A DNA stretch of 64,000 bases from Utricularia gibba (Eukaryota > Plantae > Magnoliophyta), in contig NEEC01000144.1 of NCBI GenBank assembly GCA_002189035.1, positions 42,101 to 106,100 of the forward strand, in the 5' to 3' direction. Below the pieces are notes generated by a model. The model was not told the origin of the DNA and did no database searches. It worked only from the letters and a program-made list of their open reading frames with translations. Position numbers and translations under genes: made by a program. Every line of letters starts with the position of its first letter. Position 1 is the first letter of the stretch. Below, piece after piece: positions 1 through 11,092 of this stretch.

Positions 1-309
1 GGCAAAAAAAGTGATCCATTTATTAACGTTGGGTTTTCGGCAGCTGCCTACATTGTTTCTGAAGGAAAAGCTTGTCGTTTTTGGGTGGGTGCTTCGTTGG
101 AAGTTCATCCGGACCCAAGGTTCTGTTCGACTCCTGAGCCCAATCGGGTCCTATTCGACGAAAATCGTGATGCATTTTTGAAGTTAGGATGTCATGAGCA
201 CCCCAAATGGTTTTCATCCACAAGCTTTATATTTGAGGAGGCGCTCTCGAGGGGCACTAGGATCGGGCCGGAGTCAGGTCGGGCTCGGGCCCATAGTCAT
301 TTGTAGCCC
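1..309. repeat. Representative monomer made of two homologous ~155-bp subunits (A starts ggcaaaaaaagtgatcc; B starts gacgaaaatcgtgatgc)
   Basis: GTGATCC at 11 and GTGATGC at 167, next GTGATCC at 321. AAGCTT at 68, 222 and 378 (spacings 154 and 156). The halves align colinearly. Confidence 0.9.
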
Positions 310-434
310 GGCAAAAAAAAGTGATCCATTTATTAACGTTGGGTTTTCGGCAGCTGCCTACATGGTTTCTGAAGGAAAAGCTTGTCGTTTTGGGTGGGTG
401 CTGTTGTTGGGAACTTCGTCCGGACCCAAGGTTC

Positions 435-445
435 GGTTCGACTCC
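435..445 (+). promoter_or_regulatory. Pol III B-box-like motif GGTTCGACTCC (example; present in most monomers), function unproven
   Basis: Exact match to the tRNA-gene internal promoter B-box consensus GGTTCGANTCC. No A-box or cloverleaf is recognisable. Confidence 0.4.
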
Positions 446-931
446 TGAGCCCAATGGGTCCTATTCGACGAAAATCGTGATGCATTTTTGAAGTTAGGAT
501 GTCATGAGCACCCCAAATGGTTTTCTTGTCCACAAGCTTTATATTTGAGGAGGCGCTCTCGAGGGGCACTAGGATCTGGCCGGAGGTCGGGTCGAACTCG
601 GGCCCATAGTCATTTGTAGCCCGGCAAAAAAAGTGATCCATTTATTAACGTTGGGTTTTCGGCAGCTGCCTACATTGTTTCTGAAGGAAAAGCTTGTCGT
701 TTTTGGGTGGTGCTTGTTGGAATTCGTCCGGACCCAAGGTTCGGTTCGACTCCTGAGCCCAATCGGGTCCTATTCGACGAAAATCGTGATGCATTTTTGA
801 AGTTAGGATGTCATGAGCACCCCAAATGGTTTTCTCATCCACAAGCTTTATATTTGAGGAGGCGCTCTCGAGGGGCACCAGGATCGGGCCGGAGGTCAGG
901 TCGGGCTCGGGCCCATAGTCATTTGTAGCCC

Positions 932-3900
932 GGCAAAAAAAGTGATCCATTTATTAACGTTGGGTTTTCGGCAGCTGCCTACATGGTTTCTGAAGGAAAA
1001 GCTTGTCGTTTTTGGGTGGGTGCTTTTGTTGGGAACTTCGTCCGGACCCAAGGTTCGGTTCGACTCCTGAGCCCAATGGGTCCTATTCGACGAAAATCGT
1101 GATGCATTTTTTGAAGTTAGGATGTCATGAGCACCCCAAATGGTTTTCTTGTCCACAAGCTTTATATTTGAGGAGGCGCTCTCGAGGGGCACTAGGATCG
1201 GGCCGGAGGTCAGGTCGGCTCGGCCCATAGTCATTTGTAGCCCGGCAAAAAAGTGATCCATTTATTAACGTTGGGTTTTCGGCACCTGCCTACATGGTTT
1301 CTGAAGGAAAAGCTTGTCGTTTTTGGGTGGGTGCTGTTGTTCGGAACTTCGTCCGGACCCAAGTTCGGTTCGACTCCTGAGCCCAATCGGGTCCTATTCG
1401 ACGAAAATCGTGATGCATTTTTTGAAGTTAGGATGTCATGAGCACCCCAAATGGTTTTCTCAACACATGCTTTTTATTTGAGGAGGCGCTCTCGAGGGGC
1501 ACTAGGATCGGGCCGGAGGTCAGTCGCTCGGGCCCATAGTCATTTGTAGCCCGGCAAAAAAAGTGATCCATTATTAACGTTGGGTTTTCGGCAGCTGCCT
1601 ACATGGTTTCTGAAGGAAAAGCTTGTCGTTTTTGGTGGGTGCTTTTCGGAACTTCGTCCGGACCCAAGGTTCGGTTCGACTCCTGAGCCCAATCGGGTCC
1701 TATTCGACGAAAATCGTGATGCATTTTTTGAAGTTAGGATGTCATGAGCACCCCAAATGGTTTCTCAACACAGCTTTTTATTTGAGAGGCGCTCTCGAGG
1801 GGCACTAGGATCTGGCCGGAGGTCGGGTCGAACTCGGGCCCATAGTCATTTGTAGCCGGCAAAAAAAGTGATCCATTTATTAACGTTGGGTTTTCGGCAG
1901 CTGCCTACATGTTTCTGAAGGAAAAGCTTGTCGTTTTTGGGTGGGTGCTTCGTTGGAAGTTCATCCGGACCCAAGGTTCTGTTCGACTCCTGAGCCCAAT
2001 CGGGTCCTATTCGACGAAATCGTGATGCATTTTTTGAAGTTAGGATGTCATGAGCACCCCAAATGGTTTTCTCATCCACAAGCTTTTATTTGAGGAGGCG
2101 CTCTCGAGGGGCACCGGATCGGGCCGGAATCAGGTCGGGCTCGGGCCCATAGTCATTTGTAGCCCGGCAAAAAAAGTGATCCATTTATTAACGTTGGGTT
2201 TTCGGCAGCTGCCTACATGGTTTCTGAAGGAAAAGCTTGTCGTTTTTGGGGGGTGCTTTGTTGGGAACTTCGTCCGGACCCAAGGTTCGGTTCGACTCTT
2301 GAGCCCAATGGGTCCTATTCGACGAAAATCGTGATGCATTTTTTGAAGTTAGGATGTCATGAGCACCCAAATGGTTTCTTGTCCACAAGCTTTATATTTG
2401 AGGAGGCGCTCTCGAGGGGCACTAGGATCTGGCCGGAGGTCGGGTCGAACTCGGCCCATAGTCATTTGTAGCCCGGCAAAAAAAGTGATCCATTTATTAA
2501 CGTTGGGTTTTCGGCAGCTGCCTACATTGTTTCTGAAGGAAAAGCTTGTCGTTTTTTTGGTGGGTGCTTGTTGGAAGTTCATCCGGACCCAAGGTTCTGT
2601 TCGACTCCTGAGCCCAATCGGGTCCTATTCGACGAAAATCGTGATGCATTTTTGAAGTTAGGATGTCATGAGCACCCCAAATGGTTTTCTCATCCACAAG
2701 CTTTATATTTGAGGAGGCGCTCTCGAGGGGCACCAGGATCGGGCCGGAGTCAGGTCGGCTCGGGCCCATAGTCATTTGTAGCCCGGCAAAAAAAGTGATC
2801 CATTTATTAACGTTGGGTTTTCGGCAGCTGCCTACATGGTTTCTGAAGGAAAAGCTTGTCGTTTTTGGGTGGGTGCTGTTGTTGGGAACTTCGTCCGGAC
2901 CCAAGGTTCGGTTCGACTCCTGAGCCCAATGGGTCCTATTCGACGAAAATCGTGATGCATTTTTTGAAGTTAGGATGTCATGGCACCCCAAATGGTTTTC
3001 TTGTCCACAAGCTTTATATTTGAGGAGGCGCTCTCGAGGGCACTAGGATCTGGCCGGAGGTCGGTCGAACTCGGCCCATAGTCATTTGTAGCCCGGCAAA
3101 AAAAGTGATCCATTTATTAACGTTGGGTTTTCGGCAGCTGCCTACATTGTTTCTGAAGGAAAAGCTTGTCGTTTTTGGGTGGTGCTTGTTGGGAAGTTCA
3201 TCCGGACCCAAGGTTCTGTTCGACTCCTGAGCCCAATCGGGTCCTATTCGACGAAAATCGTGATGCATTTGAAGTTAGGATGTCATGAGCACCCCAAATG
3301 GTTTTCTGAACCACAAGCTTTTTTATTTGAGGAGGCGCTCTCGAGGGCACTAGGATCTGGCCGAGGTCATGTCGAACTCGGGCCCATAGTCATTTGTAGC
3401 CCGGCAAAAAAAGTGATCCATTTACTAACGTTGGGTTTTCGGCAGCTGCCTACATGGTTTCTGAAGGAAAAGCTTGTCGTTTTTGGTGGGTGCTGTTGTT
3501 CGGAACTTCGTCCGGACCCAAGGTTCGGTTCGACTCCTGAGCCCAATCGGGTCCTATTCGACGAAAATCGTGATGCATTTTTGAAGTTAGGATGTCATGA
3601 GCACCCCAAATGTTTTCTCAACCACAGCTTTTTATTTGAGAGGCGCTCTCGAGGGGCACTAGGATGGCCGGAGGTCAGTGGCCATCATTTAGCCCGCAAA
3701 AAAAGTGATCCATTTATTAACGTTGGGTTTTCGGCAGCTGCCTACATGGTTTCTGAAGGAAAAGCTTGTCGTTTTTGGGTGGGTGCTGTTGTTCGGAAAT
3801 TCGTCCGGACCCAAGGTTCGGTTCGACTCCTGAGCCCAATCGGGTCCTATTCGACGAAATCGTGATGCATTTTACTAAAGTTAGGATGTCATGAGCACCC

Positions 3901-6900
3901 CAAATGGTTTTCTCATCCACAAGCTTTATATTTGAGGAGGCGCTCTCGAGGGGCACCAGGATCGGGCCGGAGTCGGTCGGCTCGGGCCCATAGTCATTTG
4001 TAGCCCGGCAAAAAAAGTGATCCATTTATTAACGTTGGGTTTTCGGCAGCTGCCTACATGGTTTCTGAAGGAAAAGCTTGTCGTTTTTGGAGGGTGCTTT
4101 GTTGGGAACTTCGTCCGGACCCAAGGTTCGGTTCGACTCTGAGCCCAATGGGGTCCTATTCGACGAAAATCGTGATGCATTTTTTGAAGTTAGGATGTCA
4201 TGAGCACCCCAAATGGTTTCTTGTCCACAAGCTTTATATTTGAGGAGGCGCTCTCGAGGGGCACTAGGATCGGGCCGGAGGTCAGGTCGGGCTCGGCCCA
4301 TAGTCATTTGTAGCCCGGCAAAAAAGTGATCCATTTATTAACGTTGGGTTTTCGGCACCTGCCTACATGGTTTCTGAAGGAAAAGCTTGTCGTTTTTGGG
4401 TGGGTGCTTTGTTCGGAACTTCGTCCGGACCCAAGGTTCGGTTCGACTCCTGAGCCCAATCGGGTCCTATTCGACGAAAATCGTGATGCATTTTTTGAAG
4501 TTAGGATGTCATGAGCACCCCAAATTTTTCTCAACACAGCTTTTTATTTGAGGAGGCGCTCTCGAGGGCACTAGGATCGGGCCGGAGGTCATCGGCTCGG
4601 GCCCATAGTCATTTGTAGCCCGGCAAAAAAAGTGATCCATTTATTAACGTTGGGTTTTCGGCAGCTACATGGTTTCTGAAGGAAAAGCTTGTCGTTTTTG
4701 GTGGGTGCTTTGTTGGGAACTTCGTCCGGACCCAAGGTTCGGTTCGACTCCTGAGCCCAATCCGGTCCTATTCGACGAAAATCGTGATGCATTTTTGAAG
4801 TTAGGATGTCATGAGCACCCCAAATGGTTTTCTCAACCACATGCTTTTATTTGAGGAGGCGCTCTCGAGGGGCACTAGGATCTGGCCGGAGGTCGGGTCG
4901 AACTCGGGCCCATAGTCATTTGTAGCCCGGCAAAAAAGTGATCCATTTATTAACGTTGGGTTTTCGGCAGCTGCCTACATGGTTTCTGAAGGAAAAGCTT
5001 GTCGTTTTTGGGTGGGTGCTTGTTGGAATTCGTCCGGACCCAAGGTTCGTTCGACTCCTGAGCCCAATCGGGTCCTATTCGACGAAATCGTGATGCATTT
5101 TTGAAGTTAGGATGTCATGAGCACCCCAAATGGTTTTCTCATCCACAAGCTTTATATTTGAGGAGGCGCTCTCGAGGGGCACCGGATCGGCCGGAGTCAG
5201 GTCGGCTCGGGCCCATAGTCATTTGTAGCCCGGCAAAAAAAGTGATCCATTTATTAACGTTGGGTTTTCGGCAGCTGCCTACATGGTTTCTGAAGGAAAA
5301 GCTTGTCGTTTTTGGGTGGGTGCTGTTGTTGGGAACTTCGTCCGGACCCAAGGTTCGGTTCGACTCCTGAGCCCAATGGGTCCTATTCGACGAAAATCGT
5401 GATGCATTTTTTGAAGTTAGGATGTCATGAGCACCCCAAATGGTTTTCTTGTCCACAAGCTTTATATTTGAGGAGGCGCTCTCGAGGGGCACTAGGATCT
5501 GGCCGGAGGTCGGGTCGAACTCGGGCCCATAGTCATTTGTAGCCCGGCAAAAAAGTGATCCATTTATTAACGTTGGGTTTTCGGCAGCTGCCTACATGGT
5601 TTCTGAAGGAAAAGCTTGTCGTTTTGGTGGGTGCTTGTTGGAATTCGTCCGGACCCAAGGTTCGTTCGACTCCTGAGCCCAATCGGGTCCTATTCGACGA
5701 AAATCGTGATGCATTTTTTGAAGTTAGGATGTCATGAGCACCCCAAATGGTTTTCTCATCCACAAGCTTTATATTTGAGGAGGCGCTCTCGAGGGGCACC
5801 GGATCGGGCCGGAGTCAGGTCGGGCTCGGGCCCATAGTCATTTGTAGCCCGGCAAAAAAAAGTGATCCATTTATTAACGTTGGGTTTTCGGCAGCTGCCT
5901 ACATGGTTTCTGAAGGAAAAGCTTGTCGTTTTTTGGGGGTGCTGTTGTTGGGAACTTCGTCCGGACCCAAGGTTCGGTTCGACTCTGAGCCCAATGGGGT
6001 CCTATTCGACGAAAATCGTGATGCATTTTTTGAAGTTAGGATGTCATGAGCACCCCAAATGGTTTTCTGTCCACAAGCTTTATATTTGAGGAGGCGCTCT
6101 CGAGGGGCACTAGGATCTGGCCGGAGGTCGGGTCGAACTCGGGCCCATAGTCATTTGTAGCCCGGCAAAAAAAGTGATCCATTTATTAACGTTGGGTTTT
6201 CGGCAGCTGCCTACATTGTTTCTGAAGGAAAAGCTTGTCGTTTTTGGGTGGGTGCTTTCGTTGGAATTCGTCCGGACCCAAGGTTCTGTTCGACTCCTGA
6301 GCCCAATCGGGTCCTATTCGACGAAAATCGTGATGCATTTTTGAAGTTAGGATGTCATGAGCACCCCAAATGGTTTTCTGTCCACAAGCTTTTATTTTGA
6401 GAGGCGCTCTCGAGGGCACTAGGATCTGGCCGGAGTCGGGTCGAACTCGGGGCCATAGTCATTTGTAGCCCGGCAAAAAAAGTGATCCATTTATTAACGT
6501 TGGGTTTTCGGCAGCTGCCTACATGGTTTCTGAAGGAAAAGCTTGTCGTTTTTGGGTGGGTGCTGTTGTTCGGAACTTCGTCCGGACCCAAGGTTCGGTT
6601 CGACTCCTGAGCCCAATCGGGTCCTATTCGACGAAAATCGTGATGCATTTTTTGAAGTTAGGATGTCATGAGCACCCCAAATGGTTTTCTCAACCACAAG
6701 CTTTTTATTTGAGGAGGCGCTCTCGAGGGGCACTAGGATCTGGCCGGAGGTCAGGTCGAACTCGGCCCATAGTCATTTGTAGCCCGGCAAAAAAAAGTGA
6801 TCCATTTATTAACGTTGGGTTTTCGGCAGCTGCCTACATGGTTTCTGAAGGAAAAGCTTGTCGTTTTTGGGTGGTGCTGTTGTTCGGAAATTCGTCCGAC

Positions 6901-9900
6901 CCAAGGTTCGGTTCGACTCCTGAGCCCAATCGGGTCCTATTCGACGAAAATCGTGATGCATTTTTTGAAGTTAGGATGTCATGAGCACCCCAAATGGTTT
7001 TCTCATCCACAAGCTTTATATTTGAGGAGGCGCTCTCGAGGGGCACCAGGATCGGGCCGGAGTCGGGTCGGGCTCGGGCCCATAGTCATTTGTAGCCCGG
7101 CAAAAAAAGTGATCCATTTATTAACGTTGGGTTTTCGGCAGCTGCCTACATGGTTTCTGAAGGAAAAGCTTGTCGTTTTTGGTGGGTGCTTTTGTTGGGA
7201 ACTTCGTCCGGACCCAAGGTTCGGTTCGACTCCTGAGCCCAATGGGGTCCTATTCGACGAAAATCGTGATGCATTTTTTGAAGTTAGGATGTCATGAGCA
7301 CCCCAAATGGTTTTCTTGTCCACAAGCTTTATATTTGAGGAGGCGCTCTCGAGGGCACTAGGATCGGGCCGAGTCAGGTCGGGCTCGGGCCCATAGTCAT
7401 TTGTAGCCCGGCAAAAAAAGTGATCCATTTATTAACGTTGGGTTTTCGGCAGCTGCCTACATGGTTTCTGAAGGAAAAGCTTGTCGTTTTTGGGTGGGTG
7501 CTGTTGTTCGGAACTTCGTCCGGACCCAAGTTCGGTTCGACTCCTGAGCCCAATCGGGTCCTATTCGACGAAAATCGTGATGCATTTTTTGAAGTTAGGA
7601 TGTCATGAGCACCCCAAATGGTTTTCTCAACACAAGCTTTTTATTTGAGGAGGCGCTCTCGAGGGCACTAGGATCGGGCCGGAGTCAGTCGCTCGGGCCC
7701 ATAGTCATTTGTAGCCCGGCAAAAAAGTGATCCATTTATTAACGTTGGGTTTTCGGCAGCTGCCTACATGGTTTCTGAAGGAAAAGCTTGTCGTTTTTGG
7801 TGGTGCTTTTTTGGAACTTCGTCCGGACCCAAGGTTCGGTTCGACTCCTGAGCCCAATCGGTCCCCGAAAATCGTGATGCATTTTTGAAGTTAGGATGTC
7901 ATGAGCACCCCAAATGGTTTTCTCAACCACAGCTTTTTATTTGAGAGGCGCTCTCGAGGGCACTAGGATCTGGCCGGAGGTCGGGTCGAACTCGGGCCCA
8001 TAGTCATTTGTAGCCCGGCAAAAAAAGTGATCCATTTTATTAACGTTGGGTTTTCGGCAGCTGCCTACATTGTTTCTGAAGGAAAAGCTTGTCGTTTTTG
8101 GTGGGTGCTTGTTGGAAGTTCATCCGGACCCAAGGTTCTGTTCGACTCCTGAGCCAATCGGGTCCTATTCGACGAAAATCGTGATGCATTTTTGAAGTTA
8201 GGATGTCATGAGCACCCCAAATGGTTTTCTCATCCACAAGCTTTATATTTGAGGAGGCGCTCTCGAGGGGCACCAGGATCGGGCCGGAGTCAGGTCGGGC
8301 TCGGGCCCATAGTCATTTGTAGCCCGGCAAAAAAAGTGATCCATTTATTAACGTTGGGTTTTCGGCAGCTGCCTACATGGTTTCTGAAGGAAAAGCTTGT
8401 CGTTTTTGGGGGGTGCTTTGTTGGAACTTCGTCCGGACCCAAGGTTCGGTTCGACTCCTGAGCCCAATGGTCCTATTCGACGAAAATCGTGATGCATTTT
8501 TTGAAGTTAGGATGTCATGAGCACCCCAAATGGTTTTCTTGTCCACAAGCTTTATATTTGAGGAGGCGCTCTCGAGGGGCACTAGGATCTGGCCGGAGGT
8601 CGGGTCGAACTCGGCCCATAGTCATTTGTAGCCCGGCAAAAAAAGTGATCCATTTATTAACGTTGGGTTTTCGGCAGCTGCCTACATGGTTTCTGAAGGA
8701 AAAAGCTTGTTTTTGGGGGTGCTTTGTTGGGAATTCGTCCGGACCAAGGTTCGGTTCGACTCCTGAGCCCAATCGGGTCCTATTCGACGAAAATCGTGAT
8801 GCATTTTTTGAAGTTAGGATGTCATGAGCACCCCAAATGGTTTTCTCAACCACAAGCTTTTTATTTGAGGAGGCGCTCTCGAGGGGCACTAGGATCTGGC
8901 CGGAGGTCGGTCGAACTCGGGCCATAGTCATTTGTAGCCCGGCAAAAAAAGTGATCCATTTACTAACGTTGGGTTTTCGGCAGCTGCCTACATGGTTTCT
9001 GAAGGAAAAGCTTGTCGTTTTTGGGTGGGTGCTGTTGTTCGGAACTTCGTCCGGACCCAAGGTTCGGTTCGACTCCTGAGCCCAATCGGGTCCTATTCGA
9101 CGAAAATCGTGATGCATTTTTTGAAGTTAGGATGTCATGAGCACCCCAAATGGTTTTCTCAACACAGCTTTTTATTTGAGGAAGGCGCTCTCGAGGGCAC
9201 TAGGATCTGGCCGGAGGTCAGTCGAACTCGGCCCATAGTCATTTGTAGCCCGGCAAAAAAAAGTGATCCATTTATTAACGTTGGGTTTTCGGCAGCTGCC
9301 TACATGGTTTCTGAAGGAAAAGCTTGTCGTTTTTGGGTGGGTGCTGTTGTTCGGAAATTCGTCCGGACCCAAGGTTCGGTTCGACTCCTGAGCCCAATCG
9401 GTCCTATTCGACGAAATCGTGATGCATTTTTGAAGTTAGGATGTCATGAGCACCCCAAATGGTTTTCTCTCCACAAGCTTTATATTTGAGGAGGCGCTCT
9501 CGAGGGGCACCAGGATCGGGCCGGAGTCGGGTCGGGCTCGGGCCCATAGTCATTTGTAGCCCGGCAAAAAAAGTGATCCATTTATTAACGTTGGGTTTTC
9601 GGCAGCTGCCTACATGGTTTCTGAAGGAAAAGCTTGTCGTTTTTGGGTGGGTGCTTTGTTGGGAACTTCGTCCGGACCCAAGGTTCGGTTCGACTCTGAG
9701 CCCAATGGGTCCTATTCGACGAAAATCGTGATTTTTTGAAGTTAGGATGTCATGAGCACCCCAAATGGTTTTCTTGTCCACAAGCTTTATATTTGAGGAG
9801 GCGCTCTCGAGGGCACTAGGATCGGGCCGGAGGTCAGGTCGCTCGGCCCATAGTCATTTGTAGCCCGGCAAAAAATGTGATCCATTTATTAACGTTGGGT

Positions 9901-11092
9901 TTTCGGCACCTGCCTACATGGGTGAAGGAAAAGCTTGTCGTTTTTGGGGTGGTGCTGTTGTTCGGAATTCGTCCGGACCCAAGTTCGGTTCGACTCCTGA
10001 GCCCAATCGGTCCTATTCGAAAAATCGTGATGCATTTTTTTGAAGTTAGGATGTCATGAGCACCCCAAATGGTTTTCTCAACACATGCTTTTTATTTGAG
10101 AGGCGCTCTCGAGGGGCACTAGGATCGGCCGGAGGTCTCGACTCGGGCCCATAGTCATTTGTAGCCCGGCAAAAAAAAGTGATCCATTTATTAACGTTGG
10201 GTTTTCGGCAGCTGCCTACATGGTTTCTGAAGGAAAAGCTTGTCGTTTTTGGTGGGTGCTTTGTTGGAACTTCGTCCGGACCCAAGGTTCGGTTCGACTC
10301 CTGAGCCCAATCCGGTCCTATTCGACGAAAATCGTGATGCATTTTTTGAAGTTAGGATGTCATGAGCACCCCAAATGGTTTTCTCAACCACATGCTTTTT
10401 ATTTGAGGAGGCGCTCTCGAGGGGCACTAGGATCGGCCGGAGGTCGGGTCGCTCGGGCCCATAGTCATTTGTAGCCCGGCAAAAAAAGTGATCCATTTAT
10501 TAACGTTGGGTTTTCGGCAGCTGCCTACATTGTTTCTGAAGGAAAAGCTTGTCGTTTTTGTGGGTGCTTGTTTGGAATTCATCCGGACCCAAGGTTCTGT
10601 TCGACTCCTGAGCCCAATCGGGTCCTATTCGACGAAAATCGTGATGCATTTTTGAAGTTAGGATGTCATGAGCACCCCAAATGGTTTTCTCATCCACAAG
10701 CTTTATATTTGAGGAGGCGCTCTCGAGGGGCACCGGATCGGGCCGGAGTCGGTCGGCTCGGGCCCATAGTCATTTGTAGCCCGGCAAAAAAAGTGATCCA
10801 TTTATTAACGTTGGGTTTTCGGCAGCTGCCTACATGGTTTCTGAAGGAAAAGCTTGTCGTTTTTGGGAGGGTGCTGTTGTTGGAACTTCGTCCGGACCCA
10901 AGGTTCGGTTCGACTCTTGAGCCCAATGGGTCCTATTCGACGAAAATCGTGATGCATTTTTTGAAGTTAGGATGTCATGGCACCCCAAATGGTTTTCTTG
11001 TCCACAAGCTTTATATTTGAGGAGGCGCTCTCGAGGGCACTAGGATCTGGCCGGAGGTCGGTCGAACTCGGGCCCATAGTCATTTGTAGCCC
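932..11092. repeat. HOR domain 1: 10-mer, 10-mer and 8-mer units (932-4006, 4007-7098, 7099-9562) plus a partial unit
   Basis: The same order of monomer haplotypes recurs. The gttcggaac then gttcggaaattcg monomer pair starts at about 3403, 6472 and 8941. The 5th-type monomer (tcaacaca, cagtcgctc-like end) starts at about 1244, 4316, 7409 and 9867 (spacings of 10, 10 and 8 monomers). Confidence 0.65.

Noticed and set aside
92-108. CENP-B-box resemblance: CTTCGTTGGAAG matches the first 12 nt of YTTCGTTGGAARCGGGA
   Set aside because: The essential CGGG is replaced by TTCA, so only 5 of the 9 required bases match. It occurs only in a minority haplotype.
1-315. Assignment to a named satellite family (CentO, CentC or another ~310-315-bp plant satellite)
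   Set aside because: Only length similarity and short, unconvincing word matches; a database search is required.
370-490. tRNA gene or intact SINE around the B-box
   Set aside because: There is no A-box, a T4-5 terminator-like run lies just upstream, the T-arm stem is imperfect, and no cloverleaf, target-site duplication or tail is present.
3660-3700. Single-copy damaged segments (3660-3700; 7861 ggtccccgaaa; ~23115; ~50785 missing gaagttagg; ~61355 missing aggaggc)
   Set aside because: Each occurs once with no linked repeated haplotype and is indistinguishable from long-read base-calling errors.
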